Positions 26,599 through 30,086 of a DNA stretch of 30,086 bases are shown here, piece after piece (position 1 is the stretch's first letter; each line of letters starts with the position of its first letter). Below the pieces are notes generated by a model, which was not told where the DNA came from, searched no databases, and saw only the letters and a program-made list of their open reading frames with translations. Origin of the DNA: Candidatus Woesearchaeota archaeon (lineage in GTDB: Archaea; Nanobdellota; Nanobdellia; Woesearchaeales; GW2011-AR15); the NCBI GenBank assembly GCA_038874655.1, contig JAVZBY010000008.1, forward strand, positions 1,133 to 31,218, given 5' to 3'. A program made the translations under genes and the position numbers.

Positions 26599-28461
26599 AT
26601 GGATAGAATTGTTTTGCTAGATGAGGCATTAATTAATAAAATAGCAGCAGGCGAAGTTATAGAAAGGCCTGCTTCTGTTGTTAAAGAACTTATTGAAAAT
26701 TCTTTGGATGCTAATGCAACAAAAATAGTAATTGAAACAAAAGAAGGCGGAAAATCCTATATTAAAGTTAGTGATAATGGAATTGGTATGTCAGTTAGAG
26801 ATGCAGATTTATCATGGCAAAGACATGCAACAAGCAAAATTAAAACTAAAGATGATTTATTTTCAATAAAGACCTACGGTTTTAGAGGTGAAGCTTTGGC
26901 TAGTATTGCAGCTGTTTCAGAATTAACAATAATAACAAAAGAAAAAGAGAGTAATTTTGGAGTTAAAATTTTTGTAAAAGGCGGTAAAAAAATAAGTCAA
27001 GAAGAAATTGGAGCAGAGATAGGAACAATAGTAGAGGTGAAAAATCTATTTTTTAATGTGCCAGCTAGAAGAAAATACTTAAAATCTGTTGAAACAGAGT
27101 TAGGACAAATAATAGACATAGTTACAAGATATGCATTGATTAATGATAATGTACATTTTATTTTATACCATAATAATAAAGAAATTTTAAATTCTCCTGT
27201 AAGCAAAGATATGCTTAATAAGATTGGTTTTGTATATGGTTTAAATGTTGTTAAGGAGATGATAAAGGTTGATTTTAATTATGAAATTAATAAAGATAAT
27301 TTTATAAAAATTAATGGCTATATTTCTTTGCCTTCTTTGACAAGATCAACTAAAGATGAGCAATCTATTTTTGTAAATAAAAGATATATAAAAAGAAATA
27401 AAATAATTAGTGATGCAATAGAAGATGCATATAAAACTTATGTGATGGTTAATAGATATCCCATAGTTGTTATTAATATAGAACTACCTTTTGAAAAAAC
27501 AGATGTTAATGTACATCCACAAAAAGCAGAGATTAGAATAGAAGATGAAGCATTGTTATATAGTGTTGTTTATGATGCTATAAAACAAACATTGGAACAA
27601 AATAAAAAAATACAAGAAGCAAAACCAAAATTTAAATCCTTAGAAAAGCATTTTAAAGATTTTGTCAATAAAGACTTATTTGATAAACATAATGTTCAAA
27701 TAAAGGAAACTAAAATTCCCTTAGAAAAAGAGGTTAAATCAGTTTTAATTGAAGAGAATAATACAAAATTAATTAACGAAGATAATAAAATTAAAAATTC
27801 ATATTCTAAAACACAAGAAACACAAGAATTACTTATAAAAGAGAGTAATGAAACAATTGTAAAGCATTTGCCAGAAATGAAAATTTTAGGTGTGATAAAT
27901 AAAACATTTATTATTGCCGAGATAAAAGAAGGATTGTTAATAATTGATCAACATGCTGCAGCAGAAAGAATTTTATATGAAACTTTTACTAATGAGTTAA
28001 AATTAAAATCTGTAAAAATTCAAGAATTACTTAATCCAGAAATTATTCAATTATCGGCCAAGAATTTTAATAATGCTATTTCAAATAAAGATTTTTTTGA
28101 AAAATTAGGTTTTAAAATAGAAGAATTTAGCAATAATTCAATCCTATTAAGATCTATACCTGTTATTTTAGGTAGACAATTAAGTAGAGAAATTTTTATT
28201 GATTTTTTAACAGAACTTTCAAATGTTAAGGATTTTAAAAATGAGTTGCCAAGTTTTGAAAAATTTTTTCATAATAAGATTGCTAAGATGGCATGTAGAA
28301 AAGCAATTAAAGCAGGTGATGAAATAACATTACCACAAATAAAAAATTATATTCAACAATTAGGTGAAAGGTATTTACCTTACACCTGTCCTCATGGTAG
28401 GCCTATTTTTATTAAATTTAATATTTATGATTTGGAAAAGTTATTTAAGAGAATAGTTTAA
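26599..28461 (+). CDS. mutL: DNA mismatch repair endonuclease MutL
   Basis: IAAGEVIERPASVVKELIENSLDA, DNGIG, GFRGEALASI, DVNVHP, and endonuclease motifs DQHAAAERILYE, ACR and CPHGRP. Confidence 0.97.
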   Translation: MDRIVLLDEALINKIAAGEVIERPASVVKELIENSLDANATKIVIETKEGGKSYIKVSDNGIGMSVRDADLSWQRHATSKIKTKDDLFSIKTYGFRGEALASIAAVSELTIITKEKESNFGVKIFVKGGKKISQEEIGAEIGTIVEVKNLFFNVPARRKYLKSVETELGQIIDIVTRYALINDNVHFILYHNNKEILNSPVSKDMLNKIGFVYGLNVVKEMIKVDFNYEINKDNFIKINGYISLPSLTRSTKDEQSIFVNKRYIKRNKIISDAIEDAYKTYVMVNRYPIVVINIELPFEKTDVNVHPQKAEIRIEDEALLYSVVYDAIKQTLEQNKKIQEAKPKFKSLEKHFKDFVNKDLFDKHNVQIKETKIPLEKEVKSVLIEENNTKLINEDNKIKNSYSKTQETQELLIKESNETIVKHLPEMKILGVINKTFIIAEIKEGLLIIDQHAAAERILYETFTNELKLKSVKIQELLNPEIIQLSAKNFNNAISNKDFFEKLGFKIEEFSNNSILLRSIPVILGRQLSREIFIDFLTELSNVKDFKNELPSFEKFFHNKIAKMACRKAIKAGDEITLPQIKNYIQQLGERYLPYTCPHGRPIFIKFNIYDLEKLFKRIV

Positions 28462-28491
28462 GAGAAATCTAAATTATCAAATCTTATTTTT

Positions 28492-29694
28492 TTAGATGAA
28501 ATAGCCTTTTTTCTGTTGATTTAATGTATTGAAAAAATCATCTGCTTCATGATTGTTTCTATGGTAAGTTGCAAAGGTTGCTCTAGCGTTTCTTGGATCT
28601 TCTAATTTAGAAAGAACAGCAATATAGATTTTCCCTTCTGTGTTTATTAATGTTATTGGTGGATTTGTTTGTTGTGAGGATATGAAAACTCTTAAGTCTT
28701 CTGAAGCAATAGCAATTGCTAATAAATTGCCAATATCATGGATCTTTTCCCTATTTGAAGCAGATATTTGTACAATTGCTTCATTATTTGATAAATATGC
28801 TATTCTTAATGGCCCTGTAGGATAGCCACATGAAATAGTTAATCCTGAAAATCCTGTATTTTCTAAGTTTTTTTTATAATCACCATTAGAATAGCCTTTG
28901 TTTCCATTATAGCATAAACAATTTAATCCATTAGCACTTGAAAAATAAGGTATTTGTAAATCTGCTATATTTGAAAAATCTAATATATTAGTTATATAAA
29001 AGGGTATTAATTTTTTTCCATCATAATATGAACCAATTGCCTCTCCTGTAAATAGGTTTAATCCTATTGAAAAGATTATTTGATTATCATAAATGATAGT
29101 TATTCCTGTGCTAGGGCTGTTTGTTATTATTTTGTATTCTGGTTTTTCATTTAATAATGATTTAATTGAATTTTCTAATGTTTTTTTTCCTTGATGTAAT
29201 GCTTCTTCCATTCTTTTTGAACCATCTATTGAATCAACAAAAATTAGTATTTTTGGCTCATTATTTTGCATTAAGTTTAACCAAGATTCATTAACATTAT
29301 ACAACATTCCTGATTCATAATTAAGGGTTAAAATTCCAGTTTCCTCACCTAAAAATAAAGGTTGTCCAAATTTTTTTAAAATCTGAATAAGTCCCTCTCT
29401 TTCTGAAAATGAAAAATTAGATAAAAAAGATGATGCAATTCTTGATGATTCTGAGCCTAATGCTAAATATAATTCTGGGAACAAATCTATAGGAGTTGGT
29501 TCATCATTTTGGAAATTAGGTTTTTGCGATAATAAGTTTTCTAAGGTTTTATCTTCTATTTTTGAATTAAAAGAAGAAGTATTTGTTGTAAGAATTAGTC
29601 TATAATAATTAGAAATAAAATTTAATATTTCTTTTATTAAATTTGGAAAATTTATCTCTTCTTTTTTATTTGCTAAAAACATTTTTTCTATCAA
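28492..29694 (-). CDS. divergent inositol-monophosphatase/FBPase (FIG) superfamily protein
   Basis: FLGEETG, IFVDSIDGSK (cf. DPIDGT), GPLRIAYL and IHDIGNLLAIA (cf. WDxAA). Confidence 0.6.
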   Translation of the reverse strand: MIEKMFLANKKEEINFPNLIKEILNFISNYYRLILTTNTSSFNSKIEDKTLENLLSQKPNFQNDEPTPIDLFPELYLALGSESSRIASSFLSNFSFSEREGLIQILKKFGQPLFLGEETGILTLNYESGMLYNVNESWLNLMQNNEPKILIFVDSIDGSKRMEEALHQGKKTLENSIKSLLNEKPEYKIITNSPSTGITIIYDNQIIFSIGLNLFTGEAIGSYYDGKKLIPFYITNILDFSNIADLQIPYFSSANGLNCLCYNGNKGYSNGDYKKNLENTGFSGLTISCGYPTGPLRIAYLSNNEAIVQISASNREKIHDIGNLLAIAIASEDLRVFISSQQTNPPITLINTEGKIYIAVLSKLEDPRNARATFATYHRNNHEADDFFNTLNQQKKGYFI

Positions 29695-29796
29695 AGATCA
29701 GTTATATTTAATTTTTGTGTTTCTTTTTTTAAAATGCTTTTTTTAAAATGAAGTAGTTTTTTATATAACTTCATTTCTTAAACATGAATAACTAAA

Positions 29797-30086
29797 ATGA
29801 GATTTGATAAAATAATGATTTATCATAATGGAGAATTTTTGAATGTTGGTTTTTCTTCACTTATAAAGCCTATAATTTTAGTAGGTTCTGGTAGACCTTA
29901 TTCAGATAATTTTCCTATTGGCGAGAATGTTGCTAATTTATTAAAAAAACATAATATACCTTTTGTTAGAACATATGATCCTTGGCCAAAAGATTTATGG
30001 GTATATCATAATGGGGTTTATATAGTAAACCAAGTTAAAGTAGATGACTCTGGTAAAAGAAGATATCAAATCTCTGAAGGTGGTAA
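29797..30086 (+). CDS. 5' part of a hypothetical protein running off the window (possible pentein/amidinotransferase-like)
   Basis: Open frame from ATG 29797: MRFDKIMIYHNGEF...RTYDPWPKDLWVY...RYQISEGG, with no stop before the window end. Confidence 0.65.
   Translation, partial: MRFDKIMIYHNGEFLNVGFSSLIKPIILVGSGRPYSDNFPIGENVANLLKKHNIPFVRTYDPWPKDLWVYHNGVYIVNQVKVDDSGKRRYQISEGG

Noticed and set aside
23682-28825. Antisense ORFs at 23682, 26997 and 28640
   Set aside because: Nested opposite metG, mutL and the FIG-family gene.

Overview
A very AT-rich archaeal chromosomal segment, most consistent with a DPANN (Woesearchaeota-like) genome. The evidence is Alba, rps17e, membrane-anchored LonB, Elp3, e-MtaB, GAGGTG/GGAGGT ribosome-binding sites, TATA/BRE promoters and tRNA introns at 37/38; the lineage call is inference. 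Housekeeping genes are rtcB, eno, smc, mtaB, VIT1+DUF211, HIT, elp3, a degenerate uppS-like gene, dcd, lonB, metG, albA, rps17e and mutL. The three tRNA genes (Met-CAT, Tyr-GTA, Gly-TCC) all carry introns with relaxed bulge-helix-bulge junctions. The best candidates for new biology are: (1) a twin-arginine lipoprotein with a pre-toxin-TG-like segment and a C-terminal SAM-methyltransferase-like domain, tightly followed by a small orphan gene, resembling an archaeal polymorphic toxin/immunity pair; (2) a shared kink-turn-like architecture in the unrelated Met and Tyr introns; (3) a tRNA-Met with a compensated U53-A61 pair; (4) a eukaryote-like enolase; (5) two very long coiled-coil orphans, one with a tandem N-terminal domain. 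No CRISPR array, rRNA, transposase or integrase was seen. All family assignments come from recognising motifs by eye, without database searches.
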